In this document: piece by piece, positions 41,301 through 52,100 of the stretch
Position numbering within the stretch: position 1 is the first letter of the stretch
How the letters are laid out: each line of letters starts with the position of its first letter
Assembly (NCBI GenBank): GCA_002269645.1
Contig: NIVC01000126.1
Span: forward strand, 744,001-808,000
Source: Macrostomum lignano
Lineage: Eukaryota
Direction: 5' to 3'
DNA length: 64,000 bases
Position numbers and translations under genes: made by a program
The notes under the pieces: model-generated
What the model saw: the letters and a program-made list of their open reading frames with translations, nothing else
Database searches by the model: none
What the model was told of the DNA's origin: nothing

Positions 41301-44300
41301 TTCCGCAAAATGGGATTCGGCATGTGCAACGCGCCTGCGACGTACCAGCGAATGATGGAGCTCATCATGACCGGCCTGAGCTGGGAGGAGGTCATCGCGT
41401 ACATTGATGACCTGATCATCTTCAACAGGGACTTTGAGAACCACGTTCAGTCACTGTCTAAGGTGCTGCATCGACTGCGGTCTGCCAAGCTGAAGCTGAA
41501 CCCAGGCAAGAGCTTCTTCGCCTACCGGAGCGTCACGTACCTGGGTCACCAAGTCTCTGAGAGCGGCATCGCACCTGCCGCGGAGAAGGTCGAGGCGATC
41601 AGGCGGATGCCGGAGCCGCAGTCTGAGGAGGATGTTCGACGCATCATCGGCATGCTCAGCTTCTACCGCAGGTTTGTGCCCAACTTCTCTGACATTGCCA
41701 AACCGCTGCATCACCTGGCTCAGAAAGGCGCAGGCGGCGGCTTCGTGTGGACGTCAGAGCATGCTGCGGTGCTGAACAAGTTGAAGGACGCGCTGACCCA
41801 GGCCCCGGTGCTCCAGCTGCCCGACTTCAGCAGGCCTATCGTCATCAGCTGTGACAGCAGTGCTGTGGCCTTGGGTGCGGTGCTCAGCCAGGAGCGCGAC
41901 GGCCAGGAGCTGCCAGTGGCCTACGCTTCCCGGACGCTGAGCAAGGCAGAGCGCAACTACAGCACCACGGACCGGGAGCTGCTCGCGATTGTTTGGAGCC
42001 TCAAGCAGTTCCGCATGTACCTGAGCAACAGCTGCAAGATCCAGGTGTTCACCGACCACAAGCCGATCACTGGGCTGCTCAACGCGAAGGAGCCAACCGG
42101 TCGGCTGGCACGTTGGCTACAGCTCATTCAGGAGTTCCCCTGGAAATCCTGTACCGGCCCGGCAAGGAGAACATCGTGCCAGACACCCTCAGCCGAGCAG
42201 CGGCGGTGCAGTTCCAGATCGCAAATCTGCCTGACGAGCAGGACCAGGACCAGGTTCTGCACGCGGTTCGGCACGCGATGCTCCAGCCCAACTTTCAAGT
42301 TCCGGCGGCGGTGAGTGCGTCGGTCCAGAAGCTGCTGCCCTGTCTGACGCTGTCACCGGACGGCGCACTGCTCCACAACGGGTTGCCGGTGATCCCCCAG
42401 CACATGAGAGCGGAGCTGCTGCAACAGGCGCACGACCGGCCGAGCGCGGGTCACCTCGGACAGCGGCGGGTGCTGCGGGCTCTGCGCGAGCGTTCCTGGT
42501 GGCCGGACATGCGCGAGGACGTGCGGGACTGGGTGCGGAGCTGCCTGGTCTGCCAACGACGCAAGGGAGCGCCAAAGCGAGCGCGCGCTGAGCTGGTGCG
42601 GCAGCCGCTACCGGCCAAGCCGTGGGCTGTCATGCAGCTCGACATCAAGGGCCCACTGCCAGTCACCGAGTCTGGCAAGCGCTACATCATCTGCTTTGTC
42701 GACACATTTTCAAAGTGGGTGGAGGCGGCGGCCCTCAGCCAGATCGACGCCAAGACGGTAGCCGATGCTCTGGTGACCTGCGTGGTGCTGCGGCACGGAG
42801 TTCCGGAGGTTGTGCACTCGGACCAAGGTCGCCAGTTCGAGGCCGAAGTTTTCAAGCAGACCTGCGCGCTGCTCGGAGCAGAAAAATCGAGGACCTCACC
42901 GTTCCACCCCAGCGGCAACGGGAACGTCGAGAGGTTCAATAGGACGCTGGGCAACATGCTCTCCGCATTCTGCTCAGAGAACCAGGCCAGCTGGGACGCC
43001 CTGCTGCCCTATGTCGTGTGGGCCTACAACAGCTCTGAGCACAGCTCCACGGGCGAGTCGCCGTTCAAAGTGCTACGCGGCATCGAGCCCAGACTGCCGG
43101 TCGACTTGGCACTCGGTGGGCAGCGCGACCAGCCGCAGGACTGCGCGGACCTGCAGGCGAGAATCAGGCGCGGCTTTCAGGTAGTGCGGGCGCACCTGCA
43201 CACGGCCCAGAAATCGCAGCACGAGTTCTACAACCTAGGGGCAGAGACTACCGACTTCAAGACCGGTGACCGAGTGATGCTGACGCACCATGCGATGAAG
43301 CGCGGCCAGTGCAAGTCGCTGTCGAACCGGTGGTCCGGCCCGTTCATCGTACTTAAGAAGGTCAGCCCTGTGAACTACCGGCTGCAGGCTGTGAACGGCA
43401 GGCGCCGCTTGCTGGTCCACCACGACCGCTTGAAGCGCTTTATCGACCGACCGAATCTGAGCGACAGGCCGCCAGCCAAGCCGGCCACCGAGGACGACTG
43501 TCAGAGCGTCGAGGACGCCGCGGGCCAGCTGGCCGGCCCGGACGCCTGGGAGCCGCTGCGCAACCCGGACGCGGCTGAACCCGACAACGCGGTGCGCCGG
43601 TCGGGCAGGCAGCGTCGGCGGCCGGATTTTTACACGGCGACCTGTTGACGTGCTTTCTTTCTGATCGGGACTTTTTTTCGCGTTGCATGAACTTTTTGTG
43701 TTTGTTTTTGTTTTATCCCGTTTTTTATCGCAGGTATTTTTCTTGGGGGAGAGTGATGTAGGGTTGCGTTTGGTTTGGTCCGTCGGGGTGGGGGCTGCTA
43801 TATTAGTATATGTACTTGCATCTCGCTTTCTTCTCTGTACATGCCCACCACCCCAGTTGGGTGAGTCACTTTAATCGATATATCATCGCTGACTATTTAA
43901 TCGCTCGTAAATTATCGTGCATCAAAATATACATCGTAAACTAACCCTAAATTCTCGGCTCTTACACAACCATATCAAACACCCCCATCAAACATCCCCA
44001 TTAAACATGCCCATCAAACGTTCCCATCAAACATCCTCATCAAACAACTCCATCAAACGCCCCTATCAAACAACCATATCAAACACCCCCATCAAACATC
44101 CCCATTAAACATGCCCATCATACTTCCCCATCAAACATCCTCATCAAACATCCCCATCAAACATCTCCATCAAACGTCGCCATCAAACATCCTCATCAAA
44201 CGCGCCCTTCCATACATGTCCATCAAACTTTCTTTCTCCAGAATTTTCCTTCTCATATAGCAGCATCTAACTGGAACCTCCCTGCTGCTCCATCACTCAC

Positions 44301-45574
44301 TCATAGTTTTTGCCCTGCTCAGCAGCCTCAGAAAATAATCGAACAGGCAGGTGGCTGATAAGGCCGATTCGTTTAGCAATTTTAATCTGTTCTTCCTCGG
44401 ACAGCTGATCAACTCGACGGCCAACGCCCGGTGCCAAATAGTACAGAGGCGGCTGCTGCTGCTGCTGCTGCTGCTGGGGTTGGGTAAATCAGAACTAATT
44501 ATTAAAGGTTGACGTGTTGACGTCTTTATTCAAGAAAGCATACGAAATTAATAATGCTACGTTATAATTTTGTACACAATTGACTTTTGAAACAGAATTA
44601 AATAGAATGAACTTCATTCACTAGTTACTTTACTGTTAAACTTGAAAACTCTAAGCAGACAAACTATATAGCAAAAACAAGTAGCTTTTTAAAAGGAAAA
44701 TCAAGGCAATTAGTAAGGCTTCAACAGCAGTTGACTGACGCACGAAGGTTTAATGCGCGTCTAAAAATAGCTCAGTGGCCTGACCGGGCTGAATTCAGTC
44801 AGTGACGCATTGCACTAATAATAATGAAAAAGCGCTTGAACACCGGGGCTTAGAAAAAAGGCTAATCTGAACGCACGAAATCAACCATCAGATCAGATAA
44901 TTGGCAGGTACGTGGGCTGCAGGCTTCACATGAGTCTTTAGAGAAAGCAGGTGCAGGTTGCATCTAAATTTCTAACTTCTGCTTCGGAGCCTTTCAAAGC
45001 AAACAATTCGTAGGAAGGAAGTCACTTAATCGCGGATGAAAATATAAGCTCCTACGTCACGGTGTCATTGCATGTAACGCGACAAAATTGTAGCTTGTAT
45101 AATAAATGAATTCTAATGTAAAAGGTAACGTACTCTCACAATATTTTTCTCTTGATTTCTTAGCATACATTACAGCATCATTTAGTTTAGAGGTACATTA
45201 AAGACAATATCTAAATTAACAATCTAAATTGTGAGGTCCATATCTAAATTACCAATCCCATGCCCATGGATGATGGTGCGAAAATCAAACGATGCATGCA
45301 ACATGTGCCTACTCTTTTGACTTTTGTCTCTTTTGTACTTTAATGGACTGAGGCTGAGGGGAACTAAAGGAAAATTGAAGCAAATTTCTGAAAACGCATG
45401 TAATCTAATAATACTTACAGCTGGCTGTGCATCAACTTGGTTCGGCTGCACAAAAAGTGCTTCAGCTGTAGCAGGTGAGCTGGATTCAAACGAATCTTGA
45501 TCGGGAATCAAGTCTAGGTCACTGTCGCGACGATTCTGATTGAATGAAAAACAAGCTCGAATTAAATTACCCAT
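38396..45574 (-). CDS. RNF11: RING finger protein 11 orthologue (RING-H2 E3 ligase); exons 45574-45419, 44473-44301, 38579-38396; about 170 aa
   Basis: MGN N-terminus. QLSEEEQIKIAKRIGLISHLP matches the RNF11 segment QLTEEEQIRIAQRIGLIQHLP. RING-H2 ECVICMVDYVEGDRLRSLPCTHTYHKDCIDDWLMRSFACPSCNQPVDAALL. GT-AG sites and phases are consistent. Confidence 0.93.
38700..38939. repeat. ~13-bp minisatellite (CCCCATCAAACAT), left part of an array split by Gypsy
   Basis: Continues at 43967-44225 on the other side of the retrotransposon. Confidence 0.9.
38940..39149 (+). repeat. 5' LTR
   Basis: TGTAGGG...CTCTTACA; differs from the 3' LTR at one position by my reading (aataatc vs aattatc). Confidence 0.96.
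39151..39161 (+). promoter_or_regulatory. Primer-binding site, likely tRNA-Leu
   Basis: TGGTGGCAGCG, 1 nt after the LTR, is complementary to the recalled 3' end (CGCUGCCACCA) of metazoan tRNA-Leu. Confidence 0.7.
39184..40005 (+). CDS. Gag (capsid domain plus two CX2CX4HX4C zinc knuckles)
   Basis: MAKNTLLPPKFSGTDG...; CFNCGQLGHPAAQC and CHKCSGRGHKASVC. Confidence 0.93.
   Translation: MAKNTLLPPKFSGTDGTDVRKWLRIFEEFANDAKWDDATSASKVKLLLMGEAQLVVWDLAETRQKSFKSIKEDLTKFYGGEADSFKAMSDFYAKKRGDAETLRELCFNLKLLHQKARPEDSIAQRDRDVRFKLLQLLKADIRDNLLKAEDAETCSLETLLQRAARLEELAGRRSVAAVGAVSATSSAEPSEDRLDRLEKRMEELIARVSVQSGTDTRRRRQQRGGGCFNCGQLGHPAAQCQQREKQQGPIICHKCSGRGHKASVCPSKAPGNF
39993..40041 (+). promoter_or_regulatory. 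Putative -1 ribosomal frameshift signal (slippery G_GGA_AAC plus downstream stem-loop)
   Basis: Heptamer at 39993-39999 is in the X_XXY_YYZ register of gag, and pol is in the -1 frame. After a 6-nt spacer, GGGTTGGTG (40006-40014) pairs perfectly with CACCAACCC (40033-40041). Confidence 0.8.
39993..43648 (+). CDS. Pol polyprotein (aspartic protease, RT, RNase H, integrase), broken by a 1-nt indel near 42140
   Basis: LLDTGA (PR), YIDDL (RT), CDSS...TDH (RH), AHD...GH...C..C (IN zinc finger) and HSDQG/ERFN (DDE). ORFs 39900-42314 and 41993-43648 join if one C is added to the run at 42137-42140, giving EFPLEILYRPG. Confidence 0.93.
43745..43756 (+). promoter_or_regulatory. Polypurine tract
   Basis: GGGGGAGAGTGA immediately before the 3' LTR. 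Confidence 0.8.
43757..43966 (+). repeat. 3' LTR
   Basis: 210-bp direct repeat of 38940-39149. Confidence 0.96.
43967..44225. repeat. ~13-bp minisatellite, right part of the split array
   Basis: ccccatcaaacat units. Confidence 0.9.
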
Positions 45575-46191
45575 TTAAAGTTAGACTTACTAAGGAATTT
45601 AAATAGTTCTGACCAAAATTTCCGAAATAACAGAGTGAAATTTAGTATTTTAAAAACGAGTCGGAGCAAATGCAGCTGAATATTTATTCAAACATTTGAT
45701 GTTGAAAATGTACATAAAATCAGCTGCTACAAACGCTGTTGAAAAGGTATTAGTTACGCAACATTTTTAATTAAAAAACGTTTTTTACTTTTGTAAAAGG
45801 ACAAAGTACCAGAAAAGAACAAAAAATTAAGAAAAGTATTGCTGTTTTGTTTAGACTTTAAAGTTTCTAATGAACAATTTTCAAATTAAACGGGATATTT
45901 GTCATCGAACTGTAACAGGAAATTTTTTTTGCTTAAGATCTATTCAGTTCTATAATAAAATAACTAAACAATTTGCGAATTAGTATAAAACTTAGAAGTT
46001 GCAAAATTTTGAAAGCCAGAAGTTTTATCGAATGTCAACCAGCTACTAGTTTTTATGCGAATTTCAAATTAGCATTTAAAGTCAGTACTTGTCTAGACTC
46101 TAGACTCTAAAATATAAATCGTCAAAAGCAGTTTTTGGCCTCATAATTATTCGAATTGCTTCGACAGTTAACCTAAATCTTCTTATTGTTT
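45575..46191. promoter_or_regulatory. Putative bidirectional promoter region between divergent RNF11 and SMARCB1
   Basis: Start codons face away from each other with 617 bp between them; the interval is AT-rich and free of tandem repeats. No specific core-promoter motif is claimed. Confidence 0.55.
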
Positions 46192-49100
46192 ATGATGCAG
46201 AGTCTGCAGACTTATGGCGTAAAGCCAGATCCCATTGAGCTGGACGATTCTGGAGACCAGTTTTACCTGGCATCTGAGGTGGGTTTTTATTATTTTTTCC
46301 TGACATTGGTCAAAACCTTTTTAGACATATAGCTACTAAGCTACTTACATAATTTTTCTCTTTGTTCTAGTCTTGCTAAATCTATTATCCTAAATAGGTC
46401 CTATCCATGGCTTAAAGTTCTATGCTAATGGGAAGTATGGTTTTTTATTGTTATTTTTAATTTTATTTAGCATTTTCAATAGGGGTCACAATCCCGGGAT
46501 CCCGGGATTCAATCCCGGAATGTTAATGCTATGTTTTTATAATATCTAATAGAGTAGCAAGTATTTTATCATAAAATGGCAGTTGTTTCAAAGGTGTAGG
46601 ACCAAGACCGCCACACACCAAGACCGCCACACTTGGGGGAGCTAGGGGGGAGGAATTTGGCTCGTCATGTTATTGGATGGTGCTGGGGAGGGGTGAGATG
46701 GGGACGACAAGGCCGCGAGAGAGGAACCGGTGAGTGAGCGGGCTGGGTGGGTGCGAGACCGTGAGTGAGCCCTCGTTTTTTTCATTCAATTTGAATTGTA
46801 AAGGAACTATCAATCCTAAATAAACAGCTACTTTTAGTAGAAAGCTGTGAAAAAAGGCTCTTGACTTAACTACATTCTTAATTCGCAGTTTTGAATGTGG
46901 TCCTTGAGTTGGTTGTCATTGTTATAATTTGTTATAATGTTAGTTTTCATGTGTGATTCGAGCATGTTCGATTGCCAATGTGCCATTGGTGAGTCGTGCA
47001 GCCATACCGTTTTTATTACGTGTACATGTACAGGCTTCCTATAAAACGACACTCAAGTAGTCCGTGATATGTACTAGCTGGGCCTCGATCGAGTTGTACC
47101 GAGGCCTGGTAAGCAGCTTTCATATACTCACTTTTGAATCACTCAATCACTATATAACTCACTCACTCTCTCACCCTCTCATTTAGCTCACTCGCTTACT
47201 CACTCGCACACATGATCACTCACTCAAAAGTTGCTGTGATCGCTCTTAATACAATCAAAATGTATGGCACGAAAATGCATGTACATCACATGTACATGTA
47301 ATCGTTTACTTTGATTTCGGATGTTCTCCCTGTTCATTAAAAAATACGTTCTAAAACTATTTGAACATATAATAGCTATAAATGTACATTTGTACATCAC
47401 ATTGGGTACCAGTAGTAGTATACTCGTGCTTGTACGCCGTTCTGACCATACAACAGCCGGACAGTATGTCGCTACACTACTTGCTTTTAATTTACCATGC
47501 AATCAATTGGCAATGATCGACCTGGTATACAGTATGCGCATTGTGTGATAGATACAGGTACATGTATATCCATGCTCTGTACAGCTAAATTGGATTAGGA
47601 AATAATCTCTCGAGGTCTCTCTTTAATTATCTCACACTGTCTCCTCTCTCACCCTCCCTCCATTCTCACCCTCTCTCCACTCTCAGCCTCTCTCCACTTT
47701 CAGTCTCTCTTTACTTTCAGCCTCTCTCCACTTTCAGCCTCTCTTTACTCTCACCCTCTACTCTCAGTCTCTTTCAACTCTCACCCTCTCTCCACTCTCA
47801 TCCTCTCTTCACTCAGTCTCTTTCAACTCTCAGCATCTGTCCACTCTTACCCTCTACGGCTACTCTCAACCTCTCTCCATTTTCGGCCTCTCTTCACTCT
47901 CAGTCTCTTTCAACTCTCACCCTCTCTCCACTCTCACCCTCTACTCTCAGTCTCTTTCAACTCTCAGCCTCTCTTTACTCTCAGCCTCTACTCTCAGTCT
48001 CTTTCAACTCTCACCCTCTCTCCACTCTCATCCTCTCTTCACTCAGTCTCTTTCAACTCTCAGCATCTGTCCACTCTTACCCTCTACGGCTACTCTCAAC
48101 CTCTCTCCACTTTCGGCCTCTCTTCACTCCCAGTCTCTTTCAACTCTCACCCTCTCTCCACTCTCACCCTCTACTCTCAGTCTCTTTCAACTCTCAGCCT
48201 CTCTTTACTCTCACCCTCTACTCTCAGTCTCTTTCAACTCTCACCCTCTCTCCACTCTCACCCTCTCTCCACTCTCACCCTCTCAGGGTGGTGGGTTCTG
48301 AGATGTCAAAGCAAAAGTCAGAAGCTACTTCAAAGTTCATGTACTTTACTCAATTTTTTAATTACATTCTTTGTTGGCTCGCCACGGGGGGGCGCTGATA
48401 GAAGAAGAGTCATGTAAAAAATAAAAGTAGCACTATGTATACATAAAAGAAAAGTCATGTCGAAGTTAAAAGATTCATTTGGGAATTGCTACGATGTCAA
48501 AGCTTGGTGGAAATCGTTATAGTGCTGTGATTCTTAAAGAAGGAATCACTAAAATTCCAAGGCTTAGGGGAGAAGAATTGCTGAGATTTCAAGGCTTTAG
48601 GTTGGGTTAAAGTTAGGTTTAGGTCAAGTGTGGGTTGAGGGTTATATTTTATCGGGTTTCAAGGTTAACAAGGGATTTTTTAGATTTCAAGATTTATGGG
48701 GGGCATCGCTGACATGTCAAGGCTTACGGGGGAATAGCTGAGATGTCAAGGCTCACGGGGGTATAAATAAGATTTCAAGGCTTAAGTCAGAAGCTACATG
48801 TAGTTTATTGAAAACTTTTTATTCCATTATTTGTTGACTCCTCAGGGCTCGCTGATAGAAAAAGCGTAATGTAAAAATAAAAGAAGCTTCATGTCAAAGT
48901 TAAGAGATTCATTTGGGAATCCCTACGATGTCGAGGCTTGCAGGGAATCGCTATAATGCTGTAGTAGTGCTATAATGACTCAGAATTACTGAAAATTCAA
49001 TGCTTTAGGGTTAGGTTAGGGTTAGGGTTAGGGTTAGGGTTAGGGTTAGGGTTAGGGTTAGGCTAGGGTTAGGGTTAGGGTTAGGGTTAGAAGGTTGACA

Positions 49101-52100
49101 GATTTTTTTTAGATTTCAAGGCTTTTTGGGGGCATCGCTGAGATGTCAAGGGGGGAAGTTGATTTGTTAAAGCTTGTGGGGGGAATTACTGACATTTCAA
49201 GGCTTACAAGGGACTTCTGAGGTATATTGCAAAGAGATGCTACATGTAGTTTATTACAAAACTTGTACTGCATTTTTGGCTCCCTAACGCTAAGATACTA
49301 AGCTAAAAAATACTACTAGCACTTCACAAACTTATGCAGATGTCAGGCTGTAGGGTTAGTGTTAGGGTTGGTATTAGGGTTTAGGTTTAAGGTTAGGTTC
49401 AGGGTTATTATGTTAAGATTTGGGTTAGGGTTAGGGTTAAGGTAGCTTATAACTTAGCTCATGTACCTTATTAAAAATGTTTATCATGGAAGCATCATGC
49501 AAAAATAATGGAAGCGTCATGCAAAAACAATGGAAGCGTCATGCCAAAAATCATAGAAGCATCGATCATGCAAAAACTCATGGACAAAATATTGAATTTA
49601 GGGTTTTGGTTAGGGTTAGAAGTTTGACAGGAGATTTTTTAAGATTTCAAGGCTACATGTAGCTTATTAAAAAAACATGTATTGTATTTCTTTGGCTCCC
49701 CAACAGGGGGCGTAGATTGCTAGTAAAGCCTAAAGTTTAAGGCAGACATAGAAAAAAAGCCTATAGTCATATAGATAATAAAAAGTATTTGATTAGACCT
49801 TTTTTAACAAAAAACTGGCATGCTTTATTGTCTTATTTATTAAATTACTTAAAAATGCTAAAATATTTTTTGCACAGATTTGAGAAATTTTTAGCTACTT
49901 CAAACATAAATGCTATACAAAACTTAATTAGGCAATTAGAAATCAGTAAGAATCATAATTGTTTTTGTATGCATAAAATATTTCTTATAAAATGGCTTTC
50001 AAAATAGCTTTATTAGTTTAGATATAATCTTGACATTTATAGCTATTGCACAATACACTTGAACTTTTAAAGGCTACATATGGCTCTTTAGTCCAAAGAC
50101 TAGGCTAGGAAATTGTTATATCTACTTTTAGTTACTTTATGCTAGTGTCTTTTATAGCTAGATGAACTGAAGTAGTATAAATTTAAGTATTTTGCTTAAG
50201 GACATAAACTGTAATGGGGTTAGGAATTGAACTAGTGATATTCTAGTAATAAATTGCTTTATCTATTATACTATAAATATGTAAGTGGTCAAACATATAT
50301 CCTCTAATGAAGTTATACTAGCCATGTAATTAAGTTTTGTGACTTATCTAAAAACAAATTTAAGAAATTTTTAACTATAGAAATAGTCAAAAGGTATTGA
50401 TTTTGCTATGCACCTTTGGTCTATTTAAATTACATTGGCAAAGTTTGCTATTAGTTGCATATATATAATTGGTCAAGCTTTTTTATAAATATCTTCAAGG
50501 CCTAATTTTGCTAATGTCAATTTCCTTTTCAATAGGCTTTTGCTATAATAGACAAAGAATCTCTTTTATTAATAGCATATAAATATCATTATTTATGCAA
50601 CCTTTAAAATTATATTAGCTATGACTTAGTTTTGACTTATAATATGATTTAGTTTTGTAGGTTTTTTAAAACAAAGTAGAAATCTTCATTTTATTAGCAA
50701 AAACATTCATAGAATCGACATTTCCATAGCAATTTGAAAATATTTTATATTGACTAATTAAGATGGTTATTAAGTCAGTGTTTTTTATGTCTACAATGTA
50801 AAATTTGAAAGATTATAATTTTTTAGAGGCTTATATATGCATTATCTAATAAGATCTTAAGATATTGGCACTGATTAGATATACACTAAACCTTATAATA
50901 GCAACAATAAGTATAATCATTTATGAAATGGTTATAGTAAGCTTTGTGAAATGCCTTAAGCATTTTTTACAACTAGTAGTTAGTCCTATTAGGGCCTATT
51001 GTATTGACATTGACTTAAGCATACATTATTGTATAGATAATATATTAAATGTACTTACATTACTTACAATATATACATATAAGGCATAAAACCCATAGAA
51101 TTTCTAATTATTAAACATGTATATCCTTTGCTTTATCCTAATAGATGTGAAATCTATCATAATTGCATAGTATTTTTTTTTCATATTTAAACCATATGGT
51201 TCTGCTAGCTTCACTAACTTATATAGTATTCTCTAGTCTTTAAAGATTAGCATTAGTTTTGTTATATATTAAGGTATAGGGCATGAAATAATAAAAATCA
51301 TTTTTACAATATATATATACATACATGTATACATTATTGGCTTTTTATTTGGCACATGTAAATCAATCTGAAGATACAAATGTTTATTTAAAGTAGCTTT
51401 TTACAAAACTGTTAATTTATTTTACTAAGCTATATTGTTTCTACTTAAAAAACTTCTCTAAAGTGTTTTCTACCAAAATTTTCTTTGAAAAAATAGTCTA
51501 TATTCTCAAAAGAAAGATTACTAAACTGTTTTTAAACAGCTTGTAATCTTTAAATGCTCAACTTAAATTCTTTATTGAGTCCAACAAGTGTTCATTTATT
51601 CTTAGGCATTGTATATTATAAAGTAAGTTTGCTGGGTTTATTTTTGTTTGTTTAAATGTATTTTTTGTACAAATTTAAAGCTTAAATGGGAAACCAGTTA
51701 TTTATTTCTTAACGAATTCAATAAATATAATGAGTAGATAATAATGAAAATAGTTTTGAAACATGTTTAAATAAATTATAAATAATGATTATTATTTAAT
51801 CAAATATATCAATTTTTTGATATTTTGTTTTGTTTTGTTTTTCTAAAATAAAGCATATAATATTTTTAAAACTAAGATTGCTTATTGAGTTAAGGATAAA
51901 TATTAAAAAAATGATTTTTTATATCCATGTATAGCCAGTGTACATCCTTTACTAAAAACCTGTTCCCGTCTATTCCCAAACAGATCGGCAGCTACCTGCG
52001 GCTGTTTCGCGGCACCCTATTCAAACGCTACCCGGGCCTATGGCGTAAAGTTGTAACGCCAGAGCAGCGCAAGCGTCTGGTTGCTATGGGCCGATCAACT

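Larger units (their letters stand above)
38940..43966 (+). mobile_element. Full-length Ty3/Gypsy LTR retrotransposon (5027 bp) in RNF11 intron 2, antisense to the host gene
   Basis: 210-bp LTRs (TG...CA), 4-bp TSD CAAC (38936-38939 and 43967-43970), PBS, PPT, gag with two CCHC knuckles and domain order PR-RT-RH-IN. Confidence 0.97.

Noticed and set aside
39105-43688. Antisense and alternative-frame ORFs inside the Gypsy element
   Set aside because: Expected by-products of GC-rich coding sequence; no independent evidence.
49724-51965. Degenerate hAT transposase in the AT-rich block
   Set aside because: Manual translation gave only vague resemblance amid many stops; no DDE, CxxH or dimerisation motif and no TIRs could be supported.
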